A stretch of 64,000 nucleotides of DNA from contig CAWAIF010000003.1 of NCBI GenBank assembly GCA_963782055.1, positions 4,800,001-4,864,000 on the forward strand, written 5' to 3'. Under the pieces are notes generated by a model. It made no database searches. It was not told where the DNA came from and saw only the letters and a list, made by a program, of their open reading frames with translations. Made by a program: the position numbers and the translations under genes. Below, piece by piece: positions 9,218-19,188 of this stretch. Each line of letters opens with the position of its first letter. Position 1 is the first letter of the stretch. This DNA comes from an uncultured delta proteobacterium (lineage in GTDB: Bacteria > Myxococcota_A > Polyangia > Polyangiales > Polyangiaceae).

Positions 9218-10141
9218 ATGACTCGCTCGACATGGATCCCCTTCATCGTCGGCCTCGTCGCGGCGGCGTGCGGAGGCTCTGGCAGCACCGACGTGACCCC
9301 CGACCAGGCCTGCACCGACGCCGCGACCACCCTGTGCAACAAGATCGACAGCTGCTCGCCGCTCTTCATCCAGCTCCAGTACGGTGACGCCGCCACGTGC
9401 ATCGCCCGCGCGAAGCTGAGCTGCACGCAGAACCTGGCGACGCCCGGCACCAGTGACACGCCCGCCTTCATCGAGGGCTGCGGCAACGCGTACGGCAGCC
9501 TCTCGTGCGCCGACGTCTTCGGCATCGCGGCCAACCCGCCGGCGGCCTGCCAGGCCGCGCCAGGCACCGTGGCGAACGGGGGCGCCTGCGGCGTCAACGA
9601 CCAGTGCCAGAGCACGGCGTGCAAGATCGACGGGACGACCGGGTGCGGCACATGCGCGGTGCGGGCCAACTCCGGTGAGTCGTGCGCCAACGGCGTCCCG
9701 TGCGCCGTGGGCCTGACGTGCGCCGGCAACCAGACGTGCGTCACGCCGGGCGCGCTGAACGACGCGTGCGACGCGGCGAGCAAGCCGTGCAAGGGCGGGC
9801 TCGTCTGCGACGGCGGCACGTGCAAGACGCCGCAGCCCGCGGGCGCGCCCTGCACCGGCGCCGGCACGGGCAACTGCGACGGCACGCAGGGGCTCTACTG
9901 CAGCAACAGTCAGTGCAAGCAGGCGCTCACCGCGAAGGCCGGCCAGACGTGCGGCATCGACCTGCAGGCGGGGACGTACACCGCGTGCACCGGAGGCTCG
10001 GTGTGCACCTCCAACAACGTGTGCAGCGCGGTCGCGGCCGACGGCGCGGCGTGCGACGACACCAAGGGCCCCACGTGCCTCGCCCCCGCGCGCTGCATGT
10101 CCGGCATCTGCACGGTGGTGAACCCGGCGAGCTGCAAGTAG
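9218..10141 (+). CDS. Cys-rich secreted lipoprotein
   Basis: Lipobox AAAC; dozens of spaced Cys in G.aC repeats. Confidence 0.85.
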   Translation: MTRSTWIPFIVGLVAAACGGSGSTDVTPDQACTDAATTLCNKIDSCSPLFIQLQYGDAATCIARAKLSCTQNLATPGTSDTPAFIEGCGNAYGSLSCADVFGIAANPPAACQAAPGTVANGGACGVNDQCQSTACKIDGTTGCGTCAVRANSGESCANGVPCAVGLTCAGNQTCVTPGALNDACDAASKPCKGGLVCDGGTCKTPQPAGAPCTGAGTGNCDGTQGLYCSNSQCKQALTAKAGQTCGIDLQAGTYTACTGGSVCTSNNVCSAVAADGAACDDTKGPTCLAPARCMSGICTVVNPASCK

Positions 10142-10165
10142 GCCTCAGGGCCAAGGAGATCCCCC

Positions 10166-11120
10166 ATGATGCGCGCCACCCTCACTGGACTCGCCCTCGT
10201 CGCCCTGGCCGCGGCGTGCAGCAGCGGCGACAGCACCGGGAACGACGCCGGCGCTTCGGTCACGCCGGACCAGGCGTGCACCGACGCCGCGACCGCGATC
10301 TGCAACAAGCTCTCCTCGTGCTCCCCGCTCTTGATCCAGGGCGTCTACGGGGACGTGGCCACGTGCATCACGCGCACCAAGGTGAGCTGCGGGCACAACC
10401 TCGCCGCGCCGGGCGCCGGCGACACCCCCGACTATGCCGAGGGGTGCGGCAAGGCGTACGCGACGCTCTCCTGCGCCGAGCTGCTGGCCGGGTCGTACGA
10501 CCCGCCCGCGGCGTGCCGCCCGCCGGCGGGGACCGTCGCCAACGGGGGCGCGTGCGGCATCCCCGACCAGTGCCAGAGCGACGGTTGCAAGATCGACGGG
10601 ACCACGGGCTGCGGCACCTGCGTCCCGCGGGCGAAGCCGGGCCAGTCCTGCGCCGGCGGCATCCCGTGCGACTACGGCGCAGTATGCGCCGGCACCGCGG
10701 GCAGCGAGATTCTGCGTGCCCCCCGCGACCTCCGGCGCGGCGTGCGACGCCAACAAGCCCTGTGTCGCCGGCCTGGTGTGCGACGCGGGCAAGTGCGCGA
10801 CGCCGCAGCAGGAGCAGGCGGCCTGCACCGGCCCGGGCGTCGGCAACTGCGACGCCGCGCAGGGGCTCTTCTGCGACGCCGGGGGCAAGTGCCGGAAGGC
10901 GCTCACCGCCGGCGCCGGACAGAAGTGCGGCTACGATCAGCAGTCCGGCGACTTCACCGCGTGCCTCGGCGGCGCCACGTGCGACGCCACCGCCATGACG
11001 TGCACCGCGCCCGCGGCCGACGGCGCGGCGTGCGACCTGACGAAGGGGCCCGGGTGCATGGCCCCGGCGCAGTGCCTCTCCGGCACGTGCACCATCGTCG
11101 ACCCGGCGACCTGCAAGTAG
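10166..11120 (+). pseudogene. Tandem paralog of the Cys-rich lipoprotein with a +1 frameshift near 10703-10709
   Basis: Shares VTPDQACTDAAT and CKIDGTTGCGTC; the paralogous C-half continues in the next frame to ...VDPATCK*; span 955 = 3n+1. Confidence 0.75.
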
Positions 11121-11130
11121 CCGATCCCGG

Positions 11131-12630
11131 CTACACGCCGATGAGACGCATCTGTCGCTTGTGGTGCGTGGGGGGGACGAAGGGGATGGCGTACTGCCCG
11201 GAGAAGCACGCGTGGCAATACCCGCAATCCGCGGGATCCCCCGCGGGTCTGCCCGCGACCGCGGCGATCATCCCCTCCAGCGAGAGGTAGCCGAGCGAGT
11301 CGGCTGTGACGTACCGCGCGATCTCGTCGACCGTGTGGCTGGAGGCGATGAGCTCGCGGCGGGTGGGCGTGTCGATGCCGTAGTAGCAGGGCCACTGCGT
11401 GGGCGGGCTGGAGATGCGCAGGTGCACCTCCCGCGCGCCGCAGTCGCGCACCATCTTGACGATCTTGCGGGAGGTGGTGCCGCGGACGATGAAGTCGTCG
11501 ATGACGACCACGCGCTTGCCGCGCAGGACCGGCGCCACGGGGTTGAGCTTCAGGCGCACGCCGAAGTGGCGGATGGACTGTTGCGGCTCGATGAAGGTGC
11601 GCCCCACGTAGTGCGAGCGGATGAGCCCCATCTCGAAGGGGATGCTGAGCGCCTTGGCGTAGCCCACCGCGGCGGGGACGCCGGAGTCGGGGACAGGGAT
11701 GACGACGTCGGCCTCGACCGGCAGCTCGCGCGCCAGCGCCTCGCCCAGCGACTTGCGCACCTCGTACACGCTGCGGCCGCCGATGTGGGAGTCGGGCCTC
11801 GCAAAGTACACGTACTCGAAGATGCACATGTGCGGCGACGCCGTCTCCGGGAGCCGCAGGGAGCGGATGCCGGAGGCGTCGATGATGAGCAGCTCGCCCG
11901 GCTCCACGTCACGCACGTACTCCGCGCCGATGAGGTCGAAGCTCGTCGGCTCGCTCGCGATGACGTGCGCGTCCCGCTGGCCGGGCAGGATGCCGAGGCA
12001 CATGGGGCGGATGCCCATCGGGTCGCGGGCGGCGACGATGGTGTCCTCGGTGAGGAAGAGCAGGGAGTAGGCGCCCTTCACGCGCGCGAGCGCATCGACG
12101 ATGCGGTCCTCGATGGCGACCTGGTGGCTCAGCGCGACGAGGTGGACGAGCACCTCGGTGTCGGAGGAGGACTGGAAGATGGACCCGCGCTCCTCCAGCT
12201 CGTCGCGCAGGGCGTCGGCGTTGGTGAGGTTGCCGTTGTGGCAGACGGCGAGCGACCCGCGCGCGTAGTCCACCGCGAAGGGCTGCGCGTTCTTGATGTG
12301 CGAGCCACCCGCGGTGGAGTAGCGCACGTGGCCGATGGCGATGCGGCCGGGCAGCCGCGCGAGGTGCGACTCGCTGAAGACGTCCTGCACCAGGCCCATG
12401 GCGCGGTGGAGGTAGAGCTGCTGCCCATCGCTCGAGACGATGCCGGCCGACTCCTGCCCGCGGTGCTGCAGGGCGTGCAGGCCGAGGTAGGCGAGGTTGG
12501 AGGCCTCGGTGTGGCCGTAGATGCCGAAGACACCGCACTCGTCATGGAAGTGGTCGTCCTCTTCCTCGTGCCTGAAGGGCGCGCGGGCGGGCGACGGGGA
12601 GTCGTCCAGGACGACGAGATGGCGGCGCAT
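11131..12630 (-). CDS. purF: Amidophosphoribosyltransferase
   Basis: Propeptide then [35 protein letters not shown] and CYYGIDT. Confidence 0.97.
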   Translation of the reverse strand: MRRHLVVLDDSPSPARAPFRHEEEDDHFHDECGVFGIYGHTEASNLAYLGLHALQHRGQESAGIVSSDGQQLYLHRAMGLVQDVFSESHLARLPGRIAIGHVRYSTAGGSHIKNAQPFAVDYARGSLAVCHNGNLTNADALRDELEERGSIFQSSSDTEVLVHLVALSHQVAIEDRIVDALARVKGAYSLLFLTEDTIVAARDPMGIRPMCLGILPGQRDAHVIASEPTSFDLIGAEYVRDVEPGELLIIDASGIRSLRLPETASPHMCIFEYVYFARPDSHIGGRSVYEVRKSLGEALARELPVEADVVIPVPDSGVPAAVGYAKALSIPFEMGLIRSHYVGRTFIEPQQSIRHFGVRLKLNPVAPVLRGKRVVVIDDFIVRGTTSRKIVKMVRDCGAREVHLRISSPPTQWPCYYGIDTPTRRELIASSHTVDEIARYVTADSLGYLSLEGMIAAVAGRPAGDPADCGYCHACFSGQYAIPFVPPTHHKRQMRLIGV

Positions 12631-12824
12631 CAACGCCGTCGCTTTAGCACGTTCTCCAGGGCGACGGAGCCGACGCCCACCAGGACGCCAATGGACACGG
12701 CCGAGACGTACCCGCCGAAGGCGGAGCCGCAGCAGCCGGCGCAGGCGCCGGGGCACGCCAGCGCGGTGGCGGAGACGCCGAGGCCGGTGGCGAGTGTGGC
12801 GAGGCCGACGAACAGCTTCCTCAT
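12630..12824 (-). CDS. Small Cys-rich membrane protein (64 aa), stop overlaps the purF start
   Basis: Signal-like N-terminus ending [13 protein letters not shown], then a TM segment and KRRR; TGATG overlap. Confidence 0.65.
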   Translation of the reverse strand: MRKLFVGLATLATGLGVSATALACPGACAGCCGSAFGGYVSAVSIGVLVGVGSVALENVLKRRR

Positions 12825-12981
12825 GCGTCCAATCTTGCTCCTCCCCGGGGTACGCGCAAGAGAAGAATTCGCGACCTCCCCCGGCCCTGCGGCCTCGGCC
12901 CGGAGCCGGGGACCGGACGCCGCCGCGGATGCACGGGGCTGGTTTTCGCTGGCTGCACGGCCGACGTCCGGCGGGAGCGGA

Positions 12982-13590
12982 TCATCCCGGTGGCGCCACG
13001 AGCGCATGGCTGCGGTCGAGCTCGCGCCGGCGCTGCTCCTCGCGCGCCTGGGCGCGGCGGGCTCGGTCGAGGTCCCGTCGCACCCAGGCCCCGCACTCGG
13101 TCAGCCGGTCGAGCTCGGCCTGGTCGCCGAACCCGTGCCGGATGCGCATGCAGAGCGCCTCGAGGTGCCTGCGCGCGCTGGCGCACCGCCGCGCATCGGG
13201 CCAGCGCCGCTCACCCGGCGCAAGCGCGCCGTCCAGCGCGAACCCCACGTGCCCCACGAGCACGAGCCCGTAGTACGCCCGCCGGATACGCCGGCGCCCT
13301 TCCGGCGTGAGCGCGACGAGCACCTCGCGCCCGACCCTCCGCCGCGTCACGAGCCCGATCGTCTCGAGCGCCCGCATCATCTCGCTGATCGTCGCCCGCG
13401 CCACCCCGAGCCCTCGGCGCAGATCACTCTGGTAGTGCGCGCACCCGTTCCCGAGCCGGTAGAGCGCGTCGAGCACATCGAACCGAGCCGCCGTCAGCCC
13501 CATCGCCCGAAGCGCCCGCCGAGTGAGCCGGAGCGTCGCGTAGTACGCCCGCTTGATCGTGAAGAACACCGGATCCAGTCCCGCCATCAT
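12982..13590 (-). CDS. MarR-like winged-helix protein, copy A
   Basis: GLTAARFDVL...QSDLRRGLGVARATISEMMRALETIGLV...VALTPEGR; about 79% identical (hand count) to 46852-47415. Confidence 0.8.
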   Translation of the reverse strand: MMAGLDPVFFTIKRAYYATLRLTRRALRAMGLTAARFDVLDALYRLGNGCAHYQSDLRRGLGVARATISEMMRALETIGLVTRRRVGREVLVALTPEGRRRIRRAYYGLVLVGHVGFALDGALAPGERRWPDARRCASARRHLEALCMRIRHGFGDQAELDRLTECGAWVRRDLDRARRAQAREEQRRRELDRSHALVAPPG

Positions 13591-13602
13591 CCCCACCCCC
13601 AA

Positions 13603-13618
13603 AGCACCCCCCATGCCA
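13603..13618 (-). promoter_or_regulatory. Sigma54-type promoter of MarR-like copy A
   Basis: TGGCATGGGGGGTGCT (GG-N10-GC); the -12 C lies 14 nt before the ATG; same site conserved in copy B. Confidence 0.6.
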
Positions 13619-13644
13619 CCCCCCCCTCCCCACGGATCCCGGCA

Positions 13645-13680
13645 GAAACGTCGGAGTGAAAGGATCCTTGCACTTTGACG
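13645..13680. repeat. Dispersed palindrome copy 1
   Basis: gaaacgtcggagtgaaagga|tccttgcactttgacg: 13 WC + 2 GT pairs, 1 mismatch. Confidence 0.8.
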
Positions 13681-13683
13681 CTG

Positions 13684-13740
13684 GTGTCCGGGGACGGGGA
13701 GGGGGGACAGGGGGGACAGGGGATGGGGAACGCGCGGGGG
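13684..13740 (+). repeat. G-rich GGGAC(A/G) repeat tract
   Basis: ggggacggggaggggggacaggggggacaggggatgggg. Confidence 0.65.
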
Positions 13741-13749
13741 CGAATTTTG

Positions 13750-14409
13750 TCACGGCGCCGCTGTGGGGTAGGTCGCGGTGATCTCCAGCTTGTAGCGGGC
13801 GTGGCCGTGGGTGGTGTCGAGGACGGCGCCGGAGAGGTTGTGCTTCACGGCCGTGGCGCACGCCGACACGGCCCGGCTGCCCCGCAGGGTGCGGCCCTCG
13901 TGCGGCAGGGTGAGGAAGATGGGCCGGCGCTTGCGCGCGTAGCTCACGTCGGCGACGTAGACGAGGTCGCCGCCCTCCTGCGCGGACGCCGCGCAGCTCG
14001 TGGCATCCAGGATGGCCTTGGCGAAGGCCTGCTCGAAGCCGGGCAGGTGGTCGCACTCGGAGGGGGGGGTGTGGTGCGGGCCGGGGTCGTGGCACTCCAG
14101 CACCTGGGCCGGGGAGAGCGTCACGCCATTCTTGGAGGCGACGCTGTCCTTGGCCGCGGAGGCGGAGGCGGCATCCGCTTCGGCCTGGGCGAGCGCGGCC
14201 GCGGCGGAGGCCGAGGCGGCAGCGGGGTCTTCGGCCACGGCGCGCGGGCGCCGCCAGAGGTAGAGCGGGATGACGACGAGCACGAGCAGGAGCAGCAGCG
14301 CGGCCACCACCTGCACGCGGCCCGGGCGGTCGACGGAGAGGTCCAGGCCGGGTCGGGAGAGGGGCCGCGGCTCGGACGGCGGGTGCGACGGGTTGGGCGA
14401 GTCGGCCAT
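13750..14409 (-). CDS. Hypothetical single-pass membrane protein
   Basis: One N-terminal TM, Ala/Ser linker, Cys-containing extracytoplasmic domain. Confidence 0.7.
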   Translation of the reverse strand: MADSPNPSHPPSEPRPLSRPGLDLSVDRPGRVQVVAALLLLLVLVVIPLYLWRRPRAVAEDPAAASASAAAALAQAEADAASASAAKDSVASKNGVTLSPAQVLECHDPGPHHTPPSECDHLPGFEQAFAKAILDATSCAASAQEGGDLVYVADVSYARKRRPIFLTLPHEGRTLRGSRAVSACATAVKHNLSGAVLDTTHGHARYKLEITATYPTAAP

Positions 14410-14418
14410 CGCAGCCGG

Positions 14419-16131
14419 TCAGGGGTCGACGAGCTGCCGCACTGAGGCGGTGGACTCGCAGCGCGCGATGGAAGCCATGAGCTCCAGCCCCTCCGGCAGC
14501 ATGCCCTGCACCTGGCCCACCACCTGCTCGACCAGGTTGCGGGCTTCCTGCGGCCCGGGGCCCACCATCGCCACGGCGAAGCGCAGCGGGCCGGTCTTCC
14601 CCGCGACGACGGCGATGAGCGACAGCAGCAGCATGTCGGTGAGCTCGACGACGCGCGTGGCCGCGCGACGCAGGGCGAGCATCTCCAGGATGGTGGGACA
14701 ATCGGAGACGAGGCGGTTGGGCCCGCGGATCTCGTAGCGGGCGACATGCAGCGGGGAGTCCACCCACTCGGCGAAGCCGGCCTCCTCGTCCAGGGCCTTG
14801 AGGAGCTGCTCGCGGGCGAGCAAACCGGTGAGGCCGTCGCGCTTGCCGAGGTAGCTGCGCGCGCGCTTGTGGTGGGGGCTCTCCCGCGCGAAGGAGACGA
14901 GCTTGAAGCGCAGCTCGCCGAACTGCACCTCGCCGCCGTGCATCACGTTGACCTGCTTGCGGCGCTCGTAGGTGTGCTCGGCGTAGGTGCCGTTGGTGGA
15001 GCCCTGGTCGTCGACGGCCCAGGTGCCGTTCTGCCAGCGCAGCTTGGCGTGCTGACCGCTGACGGTGGCCTCCGGCACCACGATGTCGTTGTCGGCCCGG
15101 CGGCCGACTGTGAACTCCGGCTTGTCCAGGCTGACCAGCTCCCCCACGAACTCCGGCGCGTTGGAGGCGAAGGTGGCCAGGAAGGCCTGCTGCGCCGGCG
15201 AGAACTGCGTCGCGGCGCTGCGGCCGGGCGGCGGCCCGGGGTCCAGCCGCTCGCGCGCGACCTGCACCGGGTTGGTCGTGAGTGTGGTGGGGTTGAAGAA
15301 GCGAAGGTGGCGCGCGGGCAGGCGCTGCTGCGCGTCGTCGGAGAGGCAGCGGAAGACCTGCTTCACCTCGTCGATGCTCAGCCCGGCGGGGACGTCGAAC
15401 ATGATCTGCGCGCGCATGGGCTTGGCGCGCGGCTTGTAGCCCGGCTCCGGGACGCGGCAGGTCCACATCTCCCAGAGGGTGAGGCCCAGCGCGTAGACGT
15501 CGTCCTCCATGGAGGCGCCGCCGGAGCGGATGCGCTCGGGGGCCATGTAGTTGGGGGTGCCGCCGTCGGGCGGGGCGCCGGGGCGGCGGGCGCTGACGCG
15601 GGCGCGCTCCTTGGCGAAGCCGAAGTCCAGCACGACCGCCTTGCCCAGCCCGCCGTCGGGCGTGGAGGTGACCATGACGTTGCCGGGCTTCAGGTCGCCG
15701 TGGACCAGACCCTGCGCGTGGATGGCGGCGACGCCGGCGGCGACCTCGCTCGCCAGGCGGCGGAACTCGTCGGAGGTGTAGCCGCCCTGGGCCTTCTTCC
15801 GGCGGATGTGCGTGTGGAGGGTCTGACCGGTGATGTACTCCATCACCAGGATGGGCCCGTACTTGGAGGGGGCCAGGTCGTGGACGCGGCAGACGTTGGG
15901 GTGGCTGACAGAGCGGGCGTGCAGCAGCTCCTGCCGCAGGGCCTCGTCGTCGCCGGGCATGCGCGACTCCTCCCGCACGATCTTCAGCGCGACCGGCTGC
16001 TGGGTGGCGCGGTCGTACGCGAGGAAGACCTCGCCCATCCCCCCCTTGCCGAGGCTCTGCCGGATCTCGTAGCGATCGTTGATCACCGTGCCCGGTGCGA
16101 TGGCTGCGGTGCTTCGAGAGGGCTCGGACAT
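14419..16131 (-). CDS. Ser/Thr kinase + FHA + degenerate GGDEF-like domain
   Basis: GKGGMGEV, VALK, HGDLKPGN, DFG, YMAPE; FHA VGR...VSGQHA...GSTNGT; RDGLTGLL followed by a GGDEF-like region lacking GG(D/E)EF. Confidence 0.85.
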   Translation of the reverse strand: MSEPSRSTAAIAPGTVINDRYEIRQSLGKGGMGEVFLAYDRATQQPVALKIVREESRMPGDDEALRQELLHARSVSHPNVCRVHDLAPSKYGPILVMEYITGQTLHTHIRRKKAQGGYTSDEFRRLASEVAAGVAAIHAQGLVHGDLKPGNVMVTSTPDGGLGKAVVLDFGFAKERARVSARRPGAPPDGGTPNYMAPERIRSGGASMEDDVYALGLTLWEMWTCRVPEPGYKPRAKPMRAQIMFDVPAGLSIDEVKQVFRCLSDDAQQRLPARHLRFFNPTTLTTNPVQVARERLDPGPPPGRSAATQFSPAQQAFLATFASNAPEFVGELVSLDKPEFTVGRRADNDIVVPEATVSGQHAKLRWQNGTWAVDDQGSTNGTYAEHTYERRKQVNVMHGGEVQFGELRFKLVSFARESPHHKRARSYLGKRDGLTGLLAREQLLKALDEEAGFAEWVDSPLHVARYEIRGPNRLVSDCPTILEMLALRRAATRVVELTDMLLLSLIAVVAGKTGPLRFAVAMVGPGPQEARNLVEQVVGQVQGMLPEGLELMASIARCESTASVRQLVDP

Positions 16132-16276
16132 CGGCTGGGAAACCTAAGCCACAACGCGGGACGGTGACAACGTGCGATCCCACGCCGGGCGGGCCGCGGG
16201 CTCGGTCAAGCGTCTACGATCCGCGACGCCGACGCAAGGCTTTGCGGCGCGTGCACCCTCACCGGCCGGGGTGGGG

Positions 16277-16295
16277 TGAGACGGGACCCGTCTCA
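16277..16295 (-). terminator. Hairpin overlapping the stop of the oxidoreductase (possible terminator)
   Basis: tgagacggg-a-cccgtctca inverted repeat; no U tract. Confidence 0.3.
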
Positions 16296-17822
16296 GCCCA
16301 GCTCGACCTTGCTCCACATCTCGCGACGCATGCGCTCCTTGCGGCGGTCGGTCCGGGTGATGATGCGCGCGACGCCCCACGCGCTGAGGAGCTCGCCCTC
16401 CTGCCCCAGGGCGGGCATCGTCGTCTTGCCGACGACGAAGGCGTTGCCCAGCGGGGTGCGGCTCGGCTCGCCGGCGAGGCCGTAGAGGTGCGGCGGGTCC
16501 ACCTCGTACTGCGCGTCCATCGCCTCGGCGTCGATGGAGCCGCCGCCGGCGCGCGTGCGCACACGGTCGACGAGCGTGCAATCCCCGCCGCGGTGATCCC
16601 AGAGCGGCTGGCCGTCGTGGGGGGAGTCGACCACCATCAGGTGGCGCTCCAGGAAGGGGAAGAAGCGCTGGAGCCGGGCGAGCACGCGGGTGCGCTGCTC
16701 GTCGACCGGGGGATCGTCGTCGGAGACCAGGGTCTCGGCCACGAGGAGGGAGGCCCCGAGCGCCGGATCGCCGGCGGGGTGGCGCTGGACGTGGATGGCG
16801 CCGTGGAGGCGGTGCGGGTCAGGCACGATGAAGGACTCGTGGGCGAGCGCGTCGGGGATGCCGTCGTCGCGCGCGACGACGGAGACGACGAACCGGCGCG
16901 CCCGCGGCCGGAGCTCGGGCAGCGCGGCGAGCGACCTGCGAGAGGGCTCGAAGCCATCCGCAAGCTCCACCAGGGACAGCGACGGCAGCGCGGCGATGAC
17001 GAACTGCACGCCGGTGGGATCGACGTCGCCGTCCACGATCGCCCCGCGGACCTTGCCGCCGCGGACCACCAGGCGGTCCACCCGGGCGCTCAGCTCCACC
17101 TCGCCGCCCTGGGCGCGGATGCGGTCGAGGAGGAAGTCGGCGACCTCGTCCTCGCCGCGGGCCAGGCGCGAGACGCCGCGTGTCCACGCGCCGTGCAGGC
17201 GGGCCAGCGCGAAGGGCGGGAGCTCGCCGTAGAGGTCGCTCGACATGCGCGCCGTCACCTCCACCACCGCGCGGTACTCGTGGTCGCGAGGGAACTCCGC
17301 CAGGTAGTCGCGCGCGCCGTCGCGGACGTGGGGGAGCGCGCCGACGATGCGGCCGGTCTCGCGGCGCTCCCAGAAGCCGCCGGGGGGCCAGGTGACGTCG
17401 CGCTCGAAGGCGGCGTCCGCCGCGGCGTTGGTGCGGGCCAGCTCGGCGTAGAGGTCGTCCACCACGCGGCGCACCTCGGGGAACTCCCGATCGATCTCGC
17501 GAGCGAAGAGGGCGGTGTCGGGCGGCAGCTCGATGCGCCGGCCGGGCAGCAGCACCTGGGTCATGGGGTCGAGCGCGGTGATGCGCCGGCGGAAGGTCTG
17601 CGACTGCGCCAGCTCCACCAGGATGCGCGTCCAGGCCGGGGACGCCGCGCCCAGCAGGGTGAACGCGCGCCGGGCGAGCGTCAGACCTTCGAAGGAGTAA
17701 AAGCAGGGCTTCTGCCCCTGCCCCACCACGAGCACCCGCCACGAGCGCCGCGACAGGAGCGCGGCGGTGGCCAGCGCCCCGACGCTCGTCCCGAGGACGA
17801 CGGCGTCGTAGTGCTTCGACAT
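16293..17822 (-). CDS. FAD-dependent oxidoreductase, phytoene dehydrogenase-like
   Basis: N-terminal YDAVVLG...ALATAALL Rossmann-like start; C-terminal PALGQEGELLSAW. Confidence 0.65.
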   Translation of the reverse strand: MSKHYDAVVLGTSVGALATAALLSRRSWRVLVVGQGQKPCFYSFEGLTLARRAFTLLGAASPAWTRILVELAQSQTFRRRITALDPMTQVLLPGRRIELPPDTALFAREIDREFPEVRRVVDDLYAELARTNAAADAAFERDVTWPPGGFWERRETGRIVGALPHVRDGARDYLAEFPRDHEYRAVVEVTARMSSDLYGELPPFALARLHGAWTRGVSRLARGEDEVADFLLDRIRAQGGEVELSARVDRLVVRGGKVRGAIVDGDVDPTGVQFVIAALPSLSLVELADGFEPSRRSLAALPELRPRARRFVVSVVARDDGIPDALAHESFIVPDPHRLHGAIHVQRHPAGDPALGASLLVAETLVSDDDPPVDEQRTRVLARLQRFFPFLERHLMVVDSPHDGQPLWDHRGGDCTLVDRVRTRAGGGSIDAEAMDAQYEVDPPHLYGLAGEPSRTPLGNAFVVGKTTMPALGQEGELLSAWGVARIITRTDRRKERMRREMWSKVELG

Positions 17823-17887
17823 ACGCCGTCAGTTAGCACACTCATGCCCGGGCGAGGCCCCTCAGGCCACGACGCCCGACGCGCCTC

Positions 17888-19096
17888 TCAGCTCCCCTGC
17901 GTCTTGCAGCCGACGACGATCTGGACCTGGTTCTGGTCGTCCGCCTTGATGTCGGTGCAGGCCTGCCCGTAGAGCTGGATGTGGGTCTGGTTGGAGATGT
18001 AGTCCCAGCCGTCCTGGTGCTTGGTGTCGCGGAGGACCTGCTGCGTGCCGTTCTTGGTCTGGATCTGGACGTTGACCTTGGACAAATCCGCCGTGCCGCC
18101 CTGCGGGGTGGGTACCTCGAAGGAGCAGTCGAACGCCTGGAGCGCGATCTGGTCGAAGGCCTGCTGGATGTCCTTCGCGAAGGTCTTGTTGTTGAGGGCG
18201 TAGAAGCAGTCGTCGTTGGCGGAGCAGCCGGCGTAGCGGTCGGTGCCGCCCGCCTGGGCGATCGGGGAGAGGTACTCCGGCCGGGCGCCCTTGGTGCCGT
18301 CGATGACGCCCAGGACGAAGGTGCGCACGCCCGCCTGCTCGCCCGCGGCGGCCGCGTCGACCACGCGCTGGATGTCGTTGGCGTTGGGGTCGTTGCTGTC
18401 GTCGCAGGAGGTGGGGTAGCCGTCGGTCAGCAGCACGACCGACTTGGTGCCGGCGGCCTTGGAGGCCTGCTGCTGATCGATGGCGGCGGTGAGGCCGGCG
18501 GCGAGCGGGGTGCCCCAGTAGAAGTCCTTGTCCGAGCTGGAGACATAGGCCTCGATGTCGCTCACCTGCTGCGGGTCCAGGTTGGCGACCGGGACAGGGA
18601 GCTGGTAGGTCGGCTCGTCGCAGCGGGGGTGGATGCCGGGCAGCTCGCCGTTGGCGCAGCTACAGGTGACGTCGTTGAGCGTGGAGCTGATCCAGCAGCA
18701 GCTGATGGGGGAGTCGCCCTGCGGGAACATCATGGCGCCGGCGCGCGTGCTCGGGGGCAGGGTGCCCAGCAGATCGAAGAGGCCCTTCTTCGTCGCGACC
18801 CAGCGCGTATCGCCGCTCGTCAGCTTGATCTGCATGCTGCCGGAGCGGTCCATCAGGAAGAGGACGTTGCCGGGGGCCTTCTCCGCGGCGTAGACGCCCT
18901 GCGCGTCGGCGCACCAGGGGGGCGGCGCGGCGTCGAGCGGCACGGTGGGCTCGTCCCCCTGACCGGCGTCCGGCGGGTCCGCCGGCTTGGCGGGGATGCT
19001 GGCATCCGGGTCGGCTGCGCAGCCGGCGGCGGGGGCCAGGCAGGCCAGCCCGAGGAGCGCGAGAACCACGAGGGATGTAGGAGCAGGTCGCATCAT
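17888..19096 (-). CDS. VWA-domain lipoprotein
   Basis: MIDAS DRSGSM, TP, LLTDG; lipobox AAGC. Confidence 0.9.
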   Translation of the reverse strand: MMRPAPTSLVVLALLGLACLAPAAGCAADPDASIPAKPADPPDAGQGDEPTVPLDAAPPPWCADAQGVYAAEKAPGNVLFLMDRSGSMQIKLTSGDTRWVATKKGLFDLLGTLPPSTRAGAMMFPQGDSPISCCWISSTLNDVTCSCANGELPGIHPRCDEPTYQLPVPVANLDPQQVSDIEAYVSSSDKDFYWGTPLAAGLTAAIDQQQASKAAGTKSVVLLTDGYPTSCDDSNDPNANDIQRVVDAAAAGEQAGVRTFVLGVIDGTKGARPEYLSPIAQAGGTDRYAGCSANDDCFYALNNKTFAKDIQQAFDQIALQAFDCSFEVPTPQGGTADLSKVNVQIQTKNGTQQVLRDTKHQDGWDYISNQTHIQLYGQACTDIKADDQNQVQIVVGCKTQGS

Positions 19097-19108
19097 AGGC
19101 GCCGGCTA

Positions 19109-19125
19109 TACAACATGTGTGCCTA
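19109..19125 (-). promoter_or_regulatory. Possible sigma54-like promoter (variant -12)
   Basis: TAGGCACACATGTTGTA (GG-N10-GT), 14 nt before the ATG at 19096. Confidence 0.4.
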
Positions 19126-19188
19126 GGTGCGCTAGGCAAATCGGGATCAGCGTGGACGGGAAATTCCGGCATCTCCGTGGGTGTGATC

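Noticed and set aside
12954..12970. tgcacggccgacgtccg half-site resembling the palindrome right arm downstream of MarR copy A
   Set aside because: Needs a gap, lacks the core, and has no counterpart at copy B; too weak to count.
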